Positions 42,901 through 54,258 of a stretch of 64,000 bases of DNA are shown here, in pieces; position 1 is the first letter of the stretch, and the number at the start of each line of letters is the position of its first letter. Both the position numbers and the translations under genes were made by a program. The notes under the pieces are model-generated. The model made no database searches and was not told the origin of the DNA. It saw only the letters and a list, made by a program, of their open reading frames with translations. Origin of the DNA: an uncultured bacterium (GTDB taxonomy: Bacteria; Verrucomicrobiota; Verrucomicrobiia; Limisphaerales; UBA8199); assembly GCA_963749495.1 (NCBI GenBank), contig CAVVMW010000014.1:384001-448000 (forward strand), in the 5' to 3' direction.

Positions 42901-45900
42901 CGTCAAGACCATCTGGTTTAACGGCATGGAATATCCCGTGAGGTGGAGCGGTGTTGCCACTTGGGTGGTGGCAGTGCCCTTGCAGCCCGGCGCCAACCAG
43001 TTCAGCCTGGTCGGAGTGGACCTCCAGAACCAGCCTGTGCCCGGCGCCACGGGCACCATCTCCCAGGTCTATAGCGCGACCTTGCCGTCGCCGGCAGGAC
43101 AAGTGGTGATCAACGAAATCATGTACGACCCCCTCGTGCCCGGCGCGGAATACGTCGAGCTCTATAATAATGCTGCCAATATCACTTTTGATCTGTCGGG
43201 CTGGGAGTTTAACGGGCTGGGATACACCTTCCCGGCCGGGTCGTTGATTTACCCGGGCAGTTATTTGGTCCTGACCGCCGACCCGTCGGCGTTCGCCGAG
43301 GCCTACGGGGGAGACATCGCCGTGTTTGATACGTACCCGGGCGCGCTCCAGAACAACGGAGAAACCCTCTCGCTGATAAAACCCGGGGCCAACGGCGCCG
43401 CTGACCTGGTCGTGACACGGGTGCGCTATCAGGCAGTCGCGCCGTGGCCGACGGGGGCCAGTGGCACCGGCAGCTCGCTGCAGTTGATTGATCCCCATCA
43501 GGACAACTGGCGCGCAGGCAATTGGGCCGTGGTGGCCGGCGCGGGCACCAACACCGCTCCCCCGCCCCAGTGGACTTACGTCACGGCAACCGGCACCGCC
43601 AGCAGTTCCATGATCTACATTTACATGGATTCCCCAGGGGACGTTCGCGTGGATGACTTGATGCTGGTCGCAGGCAGCGTGGCCGGAGCGGGGAACAATT
43701 ACGTCCAGGACAGCGGTTTTGAATCCGCGCTGAGCGGACCCTGGACGGTGTCTTCCAATCTCTCGGGTTCAGCGCTCGACAGCCTTGTCAAGCATTCTGG
43801 CAACAGCAGTCTTCACGTGGTTTCCTCCGCGGCGGGCACTACCCAGGGTTCTTCCATCTGGCAGGCCAACCTGGGCCTGACGCAAAATGCGACCTACACG
43901 TTGAGCTACTGGTACCTGCCCAGCACGAACGGCAACCATCTCGTCATTCGTCTCTCCGGCAGTGGCATCTCCAGCACCGTCAGCGTCGCCCCGCCCTCGT
44001 CGTCAGGGCCGCTGGCCGTCGCCACGCCCGGGGCCGCCAACTCAGTTGCTGCCAGTCTGACCCCCTTTCAGCCACTGTGGATCAATGAACTGCAGGCGCA
44101 GAATCTAACCGGCCCTACCAACAGCGCCGGCCAGCACACGCCCTGGCTCGAGCTCTACAACCCCACGACAAATTCGGTTTCTCTGAGCGGCCTCTACCTG
44201 GCCAACAATTACACCAACCTCACCCAATGGGCATTCCCGGCTTCGGCCGTCATCAACCCCGGCGAATTCAAGCTTATCTTTGCCGACGGCCAGGCTAATC
44301 TCTCCACGTTAAGCGAGCTGCACACCAGCTTCGCGCTCTCTGCAGTGTCGGGAAGCTTGGCGTTAACCCGCCTGGCCAACGCTCAACTCCAGGTCCTGGA
44401 CTACGTTGACTACGCCAACCTCCTGCCTGATTACTCCTATGGGTCCTTCCCCGACGGGCAGAGCTTCTACCGCCGGCAGTTCGTGAACGTAACCCCCCGC
44501 GGTACCAACGACGCTACGACCATTCCTTCGTTCATCCCTTATAATGCCTCCGGCGCGGTCTATGCGCAGGATTTCAACTCGCTGCCCGCCCCGGGGTCAA
44601 CATCTGTCAACTCGGGCAATCCAGTCACGATTAACGGGGTGACTTACTCACTTGCGGACCCATTCGATTGCGCGTTCCCGCCCTCGGCCAGCGGTGGGAG
44701 CGGAGGGTTGGGCTTGGAGGCGCTCTCTGGCTGGCATGGCTGGGGGGCCTTGACCTCGAAACTCGGGGCCACTGACGGCGACCAGACCACAGGCGGCGTA
44801 ATCAGTTTCGGCCCGCCCGGGGGCACGAACCGTGCCCTGGGGTTGCTGGCAACCAGTAGCACCGGCGCCACCGCCTTTGGCGCCAGATTGATCAACCTGA
44901 CTGGCTCCACCCTCAATTACGTGACCATTCAGTTCACCGGCGAACTCTGGCGACAATCGGACAAAGCCAAGACCCTGACATTCTGCTATTTGATTGATCC
45001 CTCCGGAACCCAGCCGTTCTCGACTAATTACACCGCCTTTGTGCCGGCCTTGAATGTGAGTTTTCCGGCAATTCCAGAGGACGTGGGCGGTATAGCGGTG
45101 GACGGGACGTCCCCTCTCAATCAGACGAACCTGGGGGTCGTCAACCTGCCGATTACCAACTGGCCGCCCGCCGCAGCACTCTGGCTCGTGTGGGAAATGA
45201 GCGATTCGTCGGGCAAGGCGCAGGGATTGGCTATCGATAACCTAAGCTTCTCCGCGGGCGCCGGGAATTTGCCTCCGATTCTCGCGCCGATCCCCAACCA
45301 GAACGTTTACGCCAACACACTCTTGACATTCACCGCCAGTGCCACTGAACCTGATCCTCCTCCTGAAACCTTAACCTTTAGCCTGGGTTCGGGCGCGCCG
45401 GCTGGCGCAAGCATCACCTCCGGCGGGCTGTTCACGTGGACGCCGACGGCGGCGCAGGCCCCTGGGACGTACACACTATCGGTGATTGTGACGGACAGCG
45501 GGGTGCCGCCACTGTCAGCGACCACCAATTTCAACGTGGTCGTGTATCGGCCCAACACGGCGCCGGTGATCGCCGCGATTGCCGACAAGACCGTTTATGC
45601 CAACACGCCGCTGAGCTTCACCGTCAGCGCAACGGACACCGACCAACCGCCGCAAACCTTGACTTTCAGCCTCGGCGCCAGTGCGCCGGCTGGCGCGAGC
45701 ATCACCTCTGGTGGACTATTCACCTGGACGCCGACGGCGGCGCAGGCCCCTGGGACGTACACACTATCGGTGATTGTGACGGACAGCGGGGTGCCGCCAC
45801 TGTCAGCGACCACCAATTTCAACGTGGTCGTGTATCAGCCCAACACGGCGCCGGTGATCGCCGCGATTGCCGACAAGACCGTTTATGCCAACACGCCGCT

Positions 45901-47788
45901 GAGCTTCACCGTCAGCGCGACGGACACCGACCAACCGCCGCAAACCTTGACTTTCAGCCTCGGCGCCAGTGCGCCGGCTGGCGCGAGCATCACCTCTGGT
46001 GGACTATTCACCTGGACGCCGACGGCGGCACAGGCCCCTGGCACGTACACGCTATCGGTGATTGTGACCGACAGCGGGGCGCCGGCAATGTCAGCGACCA
46101 CCAATTTCAACGTGATCGTGTACCCGCCCAATACGGCGCCGGTGATCAACACAATTGCCGACAAGACCGTTTATGCCAACACGCTGCTGAGCTTCACCGT
46201 CAGCGCAACAGACACCGACCAACCTCCCCAGACGTTGACCTTTAACCTGGGTTCGGGTGCGCCCCCAGGTGCGAGCATCACCACCAACGGCTTGTTCACC
46301 TGGACGCCGACGGCGGCGGAAGCCCCCGGCACGTACACGCTATCGGTGATTGTGACCGACAGCGGGGTGCCGGCAATGTCAGCGACCACCAATTTCAACG
46401 TGATCGTGTACCCGCCCAATACGGCGCCGGTGATCAACGCAATTGCCGACAAGACCGTCTATGCCAATACGCTTCTGAGCTTTACGGTGAGCGCTACAGA
46501 CACGGACCAACCGACCCAGACGCTGACCTTCAGCCTGGGTTCGGGTGCGCCGGCTGGCGCGAGCCTCACCCCTGGCGGCCTGTTCACCTGGACGCCGACG
46601 GCGTCGGAGGCCCCTGGCACGTACACGCTATCGGTGATTGTAACGGACAGCGGGGTGCCGGCAATGGCGGCGACCAACAGTTTCAAGGTGGTCGTGTACC
46701 AGCCCAACACGGCGCCGGTGATCGGCTCGATTGCCGAGCAGACCGTTTATGCCAACACGCTGCTGAGCTTCACCGTCAGCGCAACAGACACCGACCAACC
46801 TCCCCAGACGTTGACCTTTAACCTGGGTTCGGGTGCGCCCCCAGGCGCGAGCCTCACCCCTGGCGGCCTGTTCACCTGGACGCCGACGGCGGCGGAAGCC
46901 CCCGGCACGTACACGCTATCGGTGATTGTAACGGACAGCGGGGTGCCGGCAATGTCAGCGACCACCAATTTCAACGTGATCGTGTACCCGCCCAATACGG
47001 CGCCGGTGATCAACGCAATTGCCGACAAGACCGTCTATGCCAATACGCTTCTGAGCTTTACGGTGAGCGCTACAGACACGGACCAACCGCCCCAGACGCT
47101 GACCTTCAGCCTCGGTTCGGGTGCGCCGGCTGGCGCGAGCCTCACCCCTGGCGGCCTGTTCACCTGGACGCCGACGGCGTCGGAGGCCCCTGGCACGTAC
47201 GCGCTATCGGTGATTGTAACGGACAGCGGGGTGCCGGCAATGGCGGCGACCAACAGTTTCAAGGTGGTCGTGTACCAGCCCAACACGGCGCCGGTGATCG
47301 GCTCGATTGCCGAGCAGACCGCTTATGCCAACACGCTCCTGAGCTTCACCGTCAGCGCGACGGACACCGACCAACCGCCCCAGACGCTGACCTTCAGCCT
47401 CGGTTCGGGTCCGCCGGCTGGCGCGAGCATCACCTCCGGCGGCCTGTTCACCTGGACGCCGACCGACGCTCAGACCCCCAGCACCAACATCATCACTGTG
47501 ACCGTCACTGACAATGGAGTGCCGCCGCTAAGCGACACGAATACTTTCGACGTAATCGTCACGGGGGCGATGCGGATCACAGCCTTCAACCGCTCCGGTA
47601 ACTCCTTCACCTTGACTTGGAATTCACAAGCGGGACAGACCTATCGCGTGTCATACAAGAACAGCCTGACTCAGACGCTCTGGCAGCAATTTGGCCAGGA
47701 TATCGTGGCCGCGGGACCCACCACGTCGGTAACCGACACGATTCAATCAGGGTCGCCAGTGTTCTATCGCGTGGAGTTGGTCAGATGA
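36906..47788 (+). CDS. giant secreted multidomain protein (two ConA-like, PA14, Ig, several lamin-tail domains, CBM-like, CotH kinase-like, eight cadherin/Ig-like repeats, C-terminal FYRV domain); frameshift at ~39323; start uncertain
   Basis: ORFs 36693..39338 and 39362..47788 join if one C is added at GGCCCTGC, giving 'EPLGPCSRLTPIVISEIMYKP'. Has LTD motifs 'VINE(L/I)...YIELYN' and CotH-like 'GDWDS...WDW'. Confidence 0.85.
45266..47560 (+). repeat. eight tandem 288-bp (96-aa) cadherin/He_PIG-like repeats
   Basis: Unit 'NTAPVIxxIADKTVYANTxLSFTVSATDTDQPPQTLTFSLG...GLFTWTPT...' with very high DNA identity between units. Confidence 0.95.
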
Positions 47789-48234
47789 TTGATTGAGCGA
47801 TTCGAGGCTGCTAGGCGGCAACAATGTCCGCCCTCTCACAACAGGCTCCTAACACCTGGTTGCCGCGCGCCATCGCATGATAAACCGCCCGAGGGTACTG
47901 GATGCGAACCGGTCTTGGCACGGTGCTGTCAGCCTACATCCAACCACCGGCTCCTGTCAATCCCAATATTGTCACTTTTCTAGGACTGGTGTGGGTTCCG
48001 CGACGGGGCGAACCATGCTATGGGCTGACCCCATTCCGCCATTCCGTGGGTAAAAAGGACCGGGAAATCGAATTTTCGCAGTCGATCCATAACGCCAGAC
48101 TTATCGGTCGGCATAGGTCGGTTTGGTGTGTGTCGCTGTTTTCAGGAATCCGACTTCTTCTGTTGCGGTGTCATCCAATTTGCAGCACATTAGGCGTGGC
48201 GACCAGAGTGGGCCAGACCTTTCCGACGCCGTGA

Positions 48235-49545
48235 TCAACTCCCTGGCCGCCCCTTTTTTCTCGGGTCCTTCGGCCCGGAAGACCGCAGGCTTTTCGCCCC
48301 TCCGGCCATCATTTCAAACCGGGCTCGGTCTTGCTCAACGAACCGGCTCAGTTGTTCCGGGGTGGGCAGGCCAACGAGGTAACGGGAGACAAAAAGCTGG
48401 TTGTCCATGCCCGCAGTAGCGAATTCGACCTTGGTTTGGTCCTTGTCGCTGCAGAGAATAATCCCGACGGGCGGGTTGTCACCCGGACCCATAATGCGGT
48501 CCTTGAAATAATTCACGTAATAGTTCATTTGACCGGCATCACCATGGCGGAAGGCGCGAACCTTCAGGTCCAGCAGGACGTGGCAGCGCAGGAGCCGGTG
48601 GTAAAAGACCAGGTTGAGGTAGTCGTGGTCATTGCCTATCGTGATGCGATATTGACGGGCCTCGAAACAAAAACCCGTGCCGAGTTCAAGCAGGAAGGTT
48701 TGGAGATCGTCGAGCAGGGCTTTTTCGAGATCGCTTTCGTGGTATTCGGGGCGGTCCGCCAGGCCGGTGAATTCCAGTACATACGGATCACGGATGAGGT
48801 CCTCGATCACTTGCTCAGGTTCCTGGCGGTGGGCGCGGGCAACGACGGTCTTCTTATGTCGAGAGAGGCCGGTGCGCTCATACAGGAGCGAACCGATCTG
48901 CCGCTGCAATTGGCGCTTGGACCAATCGCCCTTAAGGCATTCGTTTTCGTAGAACGCGCGTTTGAGAGGATCGTCAAGGCGGATGAGTTCGAGGATGTGT
49001 GTCCACGAAAAACGCAAAACCGCCTCCGGAGACAGCGGCGTTACCCCCGCGCATTGGCCAACAGGGGATTGGCCAATTCCGTAACCGGTGGTTACGGAAT
49101 TAGCGGTTTGGTGGGCGCCAAGTGGCGCGGACAATTTAGCAGCCCCCGGGTGCGGGAGATCCCCACGCGAGGGGGGCGGCGAAATCCTCACCGCTGGTGC
49201 GGATTCCTGCGCGGCGAATACCGGCAAAAGCGGACCCAATTCCGTAACCAGTGGTGACGGAATTCTGGCGCCAAGTTGCGGGTAGGCCAGATAGAATCGG
49301 CGGGTACGTTCCAGCATCGAGATTCCCAACCCTTTAACTCCGCGCTTTCTCAGATCGTTTGCCAGCGTTTTCAGAAGCCCTTCACCATACCTCGCCCGAT
49401 CCTCTCCCTCCTGTTCGAATTCTACGAGGTAAGCTCCCACGAGCCAGTTGCGAATGACGAGGGCTTGGTTGACCGCGGCGGCCGCACGACCAAGCAACTG
49501 CCGGCTGGCCGAATCAATCGCCGTGATTAGCTCTGAGTATTTCAT
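48235..49545 (-). CDS. yhcG: YhcG/DUF1016 PD-(D/E)XK nuclease-domain protein with expanded linker
   Basis: 'RNWLVGAYLVEFEQ...RARYG', 'FSWTH', 'IRDPYVLEF', 'LLELGTGFCFEARQ', 'LDLK' and 'GQMNYY'. Note 'YLNLVFY' has N where the family usually has a catalytic D. Confidence 0.93.
   Translation of the reverse strand: MKYSELITAIDSASRQLLGRAAAAVNQALVIRNWLVGAYLVEFEQEGEDRARYGEGLLKTLANDLRKRGVKGLGISMLERTRRFYLAYPQLGARIPSPLVTELGPLLPVFAAQESAPAVRISPPPSRGDLPHPGAAKLSAPLGAHQTANSVTTGYGIGQSPVGQCAGVTPLSPEAVLRFSWTHILELIRLDDPLKRAFYENECLKGDWSKRQLQRQIGSLLYERTGLSRHKKTVVARAHRQEPEQVIEDLIRDPYVLEFTGLADRPEYHESDLEKALLDDLQTFLLELGTGFCFEARQYRITIGNDHDYLNLVFYHRLLRCHVLLDLKVRAFRHGDAGQMNYYVNYFKDRIMGPGDNPPVGIILCSDKDQTKVEFATAGMDNQLFVSRYLVGLPTPEQLSRFVEQDRARFEMMAGGAKSLRSSGPKDPRKKGRPGS
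49053..49264. repeat. cluster of ~23-27-bp palindromes inside the yhcG linker
   Basis: Inverted repeats at 49053-49077, 49075-49101, 49183-49205 and 49238-49264. The second and fourth are near-identical to each other. Confidence 0.85.
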
Positions 49546-49915
49546 GGTTCCTTGGGCCCAGGGAGCAGATGATCTGCAGCTCGCGTTGGATTTTCTCGAA
49601 GATGCGGGGCACTGGGGGTCAGAGAGAATCGAGTGGTTCCATGGGTGACAAGTCAGCCGGAGGACAGCGCCGGCTGGACACACGGCGCCCGACAACTGAA
49701 AAAGATGAACCGAGAGCAAATCATAACTTGCCTCTACCCCACGAGCTTGTTACTTGGGCGATAATGCCGCACGAGCCGGGAAAATGCACGAGAAAACTTG
49801 TGGTCTCAGGGTGGGCGGGCGCAACGCGGCACTGGCCCCGGAATGCGCCGGTCCCCAGAGGCAAGCGGGCCACGAAGGGGCGGACGGCTTTTCTTTTTGA
49901 GCCTCGGCAAGGAGA

Positions 49916-52108
49916 TCACAGTTTTTCGGCCATGACCGTCTTGACCTCGCTGCCGAGGCGGACTTTGACTTGGCTGGGATGGGGGGAGGCGATGCGGTAG
50001 GCGGTGACTTTGCCCTCCTTCCATTGGATGTCCACGGTGAAGCCGCCGCGGGCGCGCAGGCCGGTCACTTTGCCCGCGGGCCATGCCTTGGGCAGGGCCG
50101 GCAGGAGTTGGATTTCGCCGGTGTGACTTTGCAGGAGCATTTCGCAGACGCCGGCGGTGTAGCCGAAGTTACCGTCTATTTGGAAGGGCGGGTGGGCGTC
50201 GAAGAGATTCGCATAAAGGCCGCCGCCTTCGCTGTAGTTGACGCGCGTGTCGCCGACGAGGCGCACGAGATTGCCGATAAGTTTATAGGCGCGGTCGCCA
50301 TCGTGCAACCGAGCCCAGAGGTTGATTTTCCAGGCGGTGCTCCAGCCGGTGCTGAGGTCGCCGCGCGCGTTGAGCGAAACCCGGGCGGCCTGCGCCAGTG
50401 CGGGCGTCGTCGAGGGCGTGATCTGGCGGCCGGGATGCACGGCGACCAGATGGGAGAGGTGGCGATGCGTATCCTTTGGGTCGTCCCGATCCACCATCCA
50501 TTCCTGCAACTGGCCCCACTTGCCGACCTTGGGGCCGAGAAGTTTATCCCGCTTGGCGGCGAGGTTGTCGCGGAATCCGCGGTCAATGCCCAGCGCGTCG
50601 GCGGCCTCGACGGTGTTGTTGAAGACATCCCAGATGAGCTGCTGGTCGTGCGAGACGCCATCTTCGCGCGGGCCGTGTTCGGGCGAGTAACCGTTGGGCG
50701 CGACGAGCCTGCCATCGGGCAGCGCCTTGAGGCGGTCGAGCCAGAATTCACAGACCTCCTTCATCATCGGGTAGGCGAGGTTGCGCAGGTACTCTTTGTC
50801 CCCGGTGAAGGCGTAATGATCCCAGATATTCTGCATGCACCAGGCGCTGCCGGATTCGACCCATTCCCAGGTCGAGCCGCCGAAAATGCCGTTCTCAGCG
50901 CGCATGGTCCAGCCGCGCGTGTGGAAGGCCTCGCGGGTGGCTGCCTTGCGGACCTCACGGATGGAGTTCAACCACATGGCATAGGGCAGGAAGCATTCAC
51001 CGAGATTGGCCTGGTCGGCCATCCAGTAGTTCATCTGCACATTGACGTCCGTGTGGAAATCGCACCGCCACGGCGGCCGCCGGGAGTTGTTCCACAGGCC
51101 CTGCAGGTTGGCGGGCAAGGCCTCGCGCGAGGACGCGATCATCAGGTAGCGGCCATACCGGAAGACCAGGGCCTCCAAGCGCGGGTCGCGCGCGCCCTGG
51201 GAGCATTTCAGCAGACGCTGGTCGGTGGGCGCTCCGGCATCGGGCCAAGCGACCGAGGTTCCGAGGTCCAGCGTCACACGATCGAAAAGCCCCTGATGGT
51301 CCGCCACGTGCGCCGCGAGCAAGGCCGGGAAAGGCCTCTCGGCCGCCGCCTTCAACTGCGCGGTGATGCGCCCGTGCGGGTGCTCCCCGCGCCAACCCCG
51401 GCGGCGCTGGTTGAGGAAATCGGTCCCGGCATCCAGGAGGATCGTCAGGCTGTCCGCGCCCTCGAAGCGAATGACGCCACCCGAGGCCTTGACGGAACCG
51501 CCCTGGTTGAGCACGAGCACTTGCGCCTCGTAATCCAAGGCGACGGCATAATTGGGGCCTTGGTCCTCATACTTGTAGCCGGCCAGCGAACCGGTTGAGA
51601 TCAGGCGGTTTCCTTCGGCAACGACCTTTCCTTGGTGCAAGTCCGTGAGCAGAACCGAACCCGTGTGCGCGCCGGGCTTGTCGGCCGTGAACCGCAACAC
51701 GATCACGTTGGCGGGGTGGCTGGCGAAACACTCGCGCCGGTAATTCACGCCATCCTTATTGTAAGTGACGGTGTGGACTGCCCGGCCAATGTCCAGTTCG
51801 CGCCGATAAGCCGTGCCGGTCGCAATGCCATCCGGGCCAAAATCGATGAACACGTCTCCGAAACCCTGGTATGCACCCGTGTCGCTTTCGTCGCCGATCC
51901 AGAGGCCGGATTCATTGAACTGGATTTGCTCGCGCTGGACGCCCCCGAAGATCATGCCCCCAAGCCGGCCGTTGCCGATAGGGAGCGCCTCCGTTTCCCA
52001 ATGCGTCGCGGGTTTGTCATACCAGAGTTTCAACTCGGTTCCGGCGGCCCGGTCCTGCAAGGCCAGCGCCCAGATAACGGCCGCCGACAGCACTATGTGG
52101 TGTTTCAT
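49916..52108 (-). CDS. GH95 alpha-L-fucosidase family protein
   Basis: '[13 protein letters not shown]', '[11 protein letters not shown]', 'PANLQGLWN', 'SPEHG', 'HRHLSHL' and '[11 protein letters not shown]'. Confidence 0.96.
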   Translation of the reverse strand: MKHHIVLSAAVIWALALQDRAAGTELKLWYDKPATHWETEALPIGNGRLGGMIFGGVQREQIQFNESGLWIGDESDTGAYQGFGDVFIDFGPDGIATGTAYRRELDIGRAVHTVTYNKDGVNYRRECFASHPANVIVLRFTADKPGAHTGSVLLTDLHQGKVVAEGNRLISTGSLAGYKYEDQGPNYAVALDYEAQVLVLNQGGSVKASGGVIRFEGADSLTILLDAGTDFLNQRRRGWRGEHPHGRITAQLKAAAERPFPALLAAHVADHQGLFDRVTLDLGTSVAWPDAGAPTDQRLLKCSQGARDPRLEALVFRYGRYLMIASSREALPANLQGLWNNSRRPPWRCDFHTDVNVQMNYWMADQANLGECFLPYAMWLNSIREVRKAATREAFHTRGWTMRAENGIFGGSTWEWVESGSAWCMQNIWDHYAFTGDKEYLRNLAYPMMKEVCEFWLDRLKALPDGRLVAPNGYSPEHGPREDGVSHDQQLIWDVFNNTVEAADALGIDRGFRDNLAAKRDKLLGPKVGKWGQLQEWMVDRDDPKDTHRHLSHLVAVHPGRQITPSTTPALAQAARVSLNARGDLSTGWSTAWKINLWARLHDGDRAYKLIGNLVRLVGDTRVNYSEGGGLYANLFDAHPPFQIDGNFGYTAGVCEMLLQSHTGEIQLLPALPKAWPAGKVTGLRARGGFTVDIQWKEGKVTAYRIASPHPSQVKVRLGSEVKTVMAEKL

Positions 52109-52122
52109 GGGTTCACTTTCGC

Positions 52123-54243
52123 TTACCGTTGAATCGCGATGCGCGCGAAGCGGGGCTCGACATGGCCATCAACAGGGCCTTCCAGCCGCAGCGTGATCAG
52201 CGAGGTCCCATCGCCGTTGTCACTCGAACTGATGGGGCTGAAGTTCGCGGGGTCGCTGCTCCAGGCCCGCAAGTCCACGGAAACCTGCGGGACGTATTGG
52301 ACGTCCGCGGGCGGGTTTCTTTGGAGGTATTGAAGATAGAGATAACTGTGCCCGGTCTGGGCCGCGAGCCAGGCGCGCGGGAGAGGCGGATGCTCGGCGA
52401 CGCGCGGGTTCAGATTGAAGGCGTATTCCACCAGGTTTGGGATGCCGTCGTGGTCAGGGTCCGCCCCATCGCCGCTGATGTCCGGATTGGCGAGTTCGGC
52501 CGGCGAAAAGAAGCGCGCCTCCCAAATCTCGTAAGGACCGGCGGCGGCCAGCACATAAGGAGTTGCGGCCAGGGCCACCTGGTTGGTGTCCTCGTGAGCA
52601 GGAGTGGCGCTATCCTCGGCCCGGATGGCGAAGAGGCAGGCGACACCGTTGGTCAGGCCGGTGATAGTGTATTCATAGGGATAAGTGCCGGGGCCGGAGC
52701 CGGCCGCGTAGTTGGCGGGCATGGAGGGTCTCACGTGGGCCAGTTTCACGGCAGAGACGAAATCCATCACCGATTGCGTGGTGTAATAGAGGTTGTAACG
52801 GACCGGTCCGGTCTGGTCGCGGGCGACGTCCCACCGCACGGTGACGCTACGGTTGCCCGGGACCACTTGTTGCACGCCTACGCGCGGGGCCGGGGGGAGG
52901 CCGGATTGCGCGGCCGTGCTGTCCCACACCGGGGGCTGGGTATCGGCGTTAGTGGCGAGCCAACTGCTGGCGCCGGTGTTGAAGGCGGCGTCCAGCCAGG
53001 GGTTGGTGCGGTAGAGAAGCCATCCCTGCTCGCCCATGCTCTCGGCATAGGACTGGGCGATGGTGGCCGGCGGCAGGGGCGGCGTGTGGTCGTAATCGAG
53101 GGCGAGCATGACAAAACCGTCGGGCCGTCCCGCCTCGGCGTTGAGCTTGGGCGCATAGTTGTATTTGTTGTCCGGAAAGGAGGGCGAGATGTTGTTCGAG
53201 TTGTTGCTGTCGGTGAAGTAGCTTTCGAACATGACCAAATTGACCCAGGGGCGCAATGTATAGGCGTAGGTCTTGAGGTTTGGGTTATAGAAGAACAACC
53301 CGCGGTTGCCGAGGATGAGCTTGCCGGGGTAATTGGTGCTGATGCGCTGGACCAGGCCCTGCATTCCCGGGGCAGTCCATTCGTAACTGGTGGCGCCGAA
53401 ACTGTTCGGCGCCGCGGTGTCCAGGGTGTCGAGGAAGACCCCATCGCAATTGTAGCCGTTGCCCACTTGGGCGGTGAGCAGTTCGGCCAGGCCGGCCTGG
53501 CCGTTGCCCGAGCGGGTCATGTTCCGGATCACGGTCCACCAGGCCGGCGCGCCCGCATTGACGAAATATCCCCCGAAGGCGGCGTTCCGGTCGGGCAGGC
53601 CGTCGGGGCTGCTTTTTGTGTCCAGGTAATAGGAGGCGTAACCGCTGCCGCCGGGAGAGGGCGAGCCGAGGGCGTTAGTAATGCTCGAAAGGGGCGCCGT
53701 GTCCGCGGGCCGGGGATCGATGCGCGGCCCCTGGAGATCCCCGGTGAAGGGCGCGCCGGGCCGGTCGTCTTCCCCAATCGAGAGATAACCCAGGACCAGC
53801 ACGTCGTCGGCGGTCCCGGGGAGGTTGTCGAGCCCGCGTTGAATGGTGGCTATCTGGGCCGCAGTCAGATTGCTCAGCGGATGGAAGATGACCAGCCGAT
53901 AGTGAGTGCGAGCGAATTCTACCTGGTCGGCCGTCCAATCGCCGTAATAGATGAGATAGGGGGTAGCCGTATTAAGGGCCGGCCGCGGGTTGCGCCCGGC
54001 AAGGGCGCTGCTCCCGAAGAGCAGCAAAATGACCGCTCCGACGCAGTTGACGACAAGGGTTCGATTGGAGATCGCCCATTGGGACCATGAGCCGGACAAG
54101 TGTCCGTGCCGCGCGGAGCGTTTTGGACTGCGGCAGTCCTCTGCCGCTTTTGGGACCCCTGGAGACGTGAAAGCGCCAGAGGACTGGCGCAGTCCAAAAC
54201 CTGGCGGGCTTCGGAAATTCATGGAGAGGGGCTGTCCCTGCAT
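52123..54243 (-). CDS. GH114/PelA-like polygalactosaminidase-type TIM barrel plus FN3 plus C-terminal domain; start uncertain
   Basis: 'YLIYYGDW', '[10 protein letters not shown]', '[10 protein letters not shown]', 'GNRG', 'VMFES' and 'LALDY'; FN3-like 'VTVRWD...YNLYY'; '[16 protein letters not shown]'. Confidence 0.75.
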   Translation of the reverse strand: MQGQPLSMNFRSPPGFGLRQSSGAFTSPGVPKAAEDCRSPKRSARHGHLSGSWSQWAISNRTLVVNCVGAVILLLFGSSALAGRNPRPALNTATPYLIYYGDWTADQVEFARTHYRLVIFHPLSNLTAAQIATIQRGLDNLPGTADDVLVLGYLSIGEDDRPGAPFTGDLQGPRIDPRPADTAPLSSITNALGSPSPGGSGYASYYLDTKSSPDGLPDRNAAFGGYFVNAGAPAWWTVIRNMTRSGNGQAGLAELLTAQVGNGYNCDGVFLDTLDTAAPNSFGATSYEWTAPGMQGLVQRISTNYPGKLILGNRGLFFYNPNLKTYAYTLRPWVNLVMFESYFTDSNNSNNISPSFPDNKYNYAPKLNAEAGRPDGFVMLALDYDHTPPLPPATIAQSYAESMGEQGWLLYRTNPWLDAAFNTGASSWLATNADTQPPVWDSTAAQSGLPPAPRVGVQQVVPGNRSVTVRWDVARDQTGPVRYNLYYTTQSVMDFVSAVKLAHVRPSMPANYAAGSGPGTYPYEYTITGLTNGVACLFAIRAEDSATPAHEDTNQVALAATPYVLAAAGPYEIWEARFFSPAELANPDISGDGADPDHDGIPNLVEYAFNLNPRVAEHPPLPRAWLAAQTGHSYLYLQYLQRNPPADVQYVPQVSVDLRAWSSDPANFSPISSSDNGDGTSLITLRLEGPVDGHVEPRFARIAIQR
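54120..54200. repeat. REP-like palindromic element (31-bp arms, 2 mismatches, 19-nt loop)
   Basis: GTTTTGGACTGCGGCAGTCCTCTGCCGCTTT ... AAAGCGCCAGAGGACTGGCGCAGTCCAAAAC. Confidence 0.9.
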
Positions 54244-54258
54244 AGTGTATCGGCCTGA

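Noticed and set aside
45266..47560. Long regular repeats as a CRISPR array or DGR template
   Set aside because: They are 288-bp in-frame protein domain repeats with no unique spacers. No cas or reverse transcriptase gene is present.
37965..54090. Long antisense ORFs (e.g. 37965..39311, 39785..41308, 49970..51598, 52129..54090)
   Set aside because: These are shadow frames of well-supported genes in GC-rich DNA and have no recognisable motifs.
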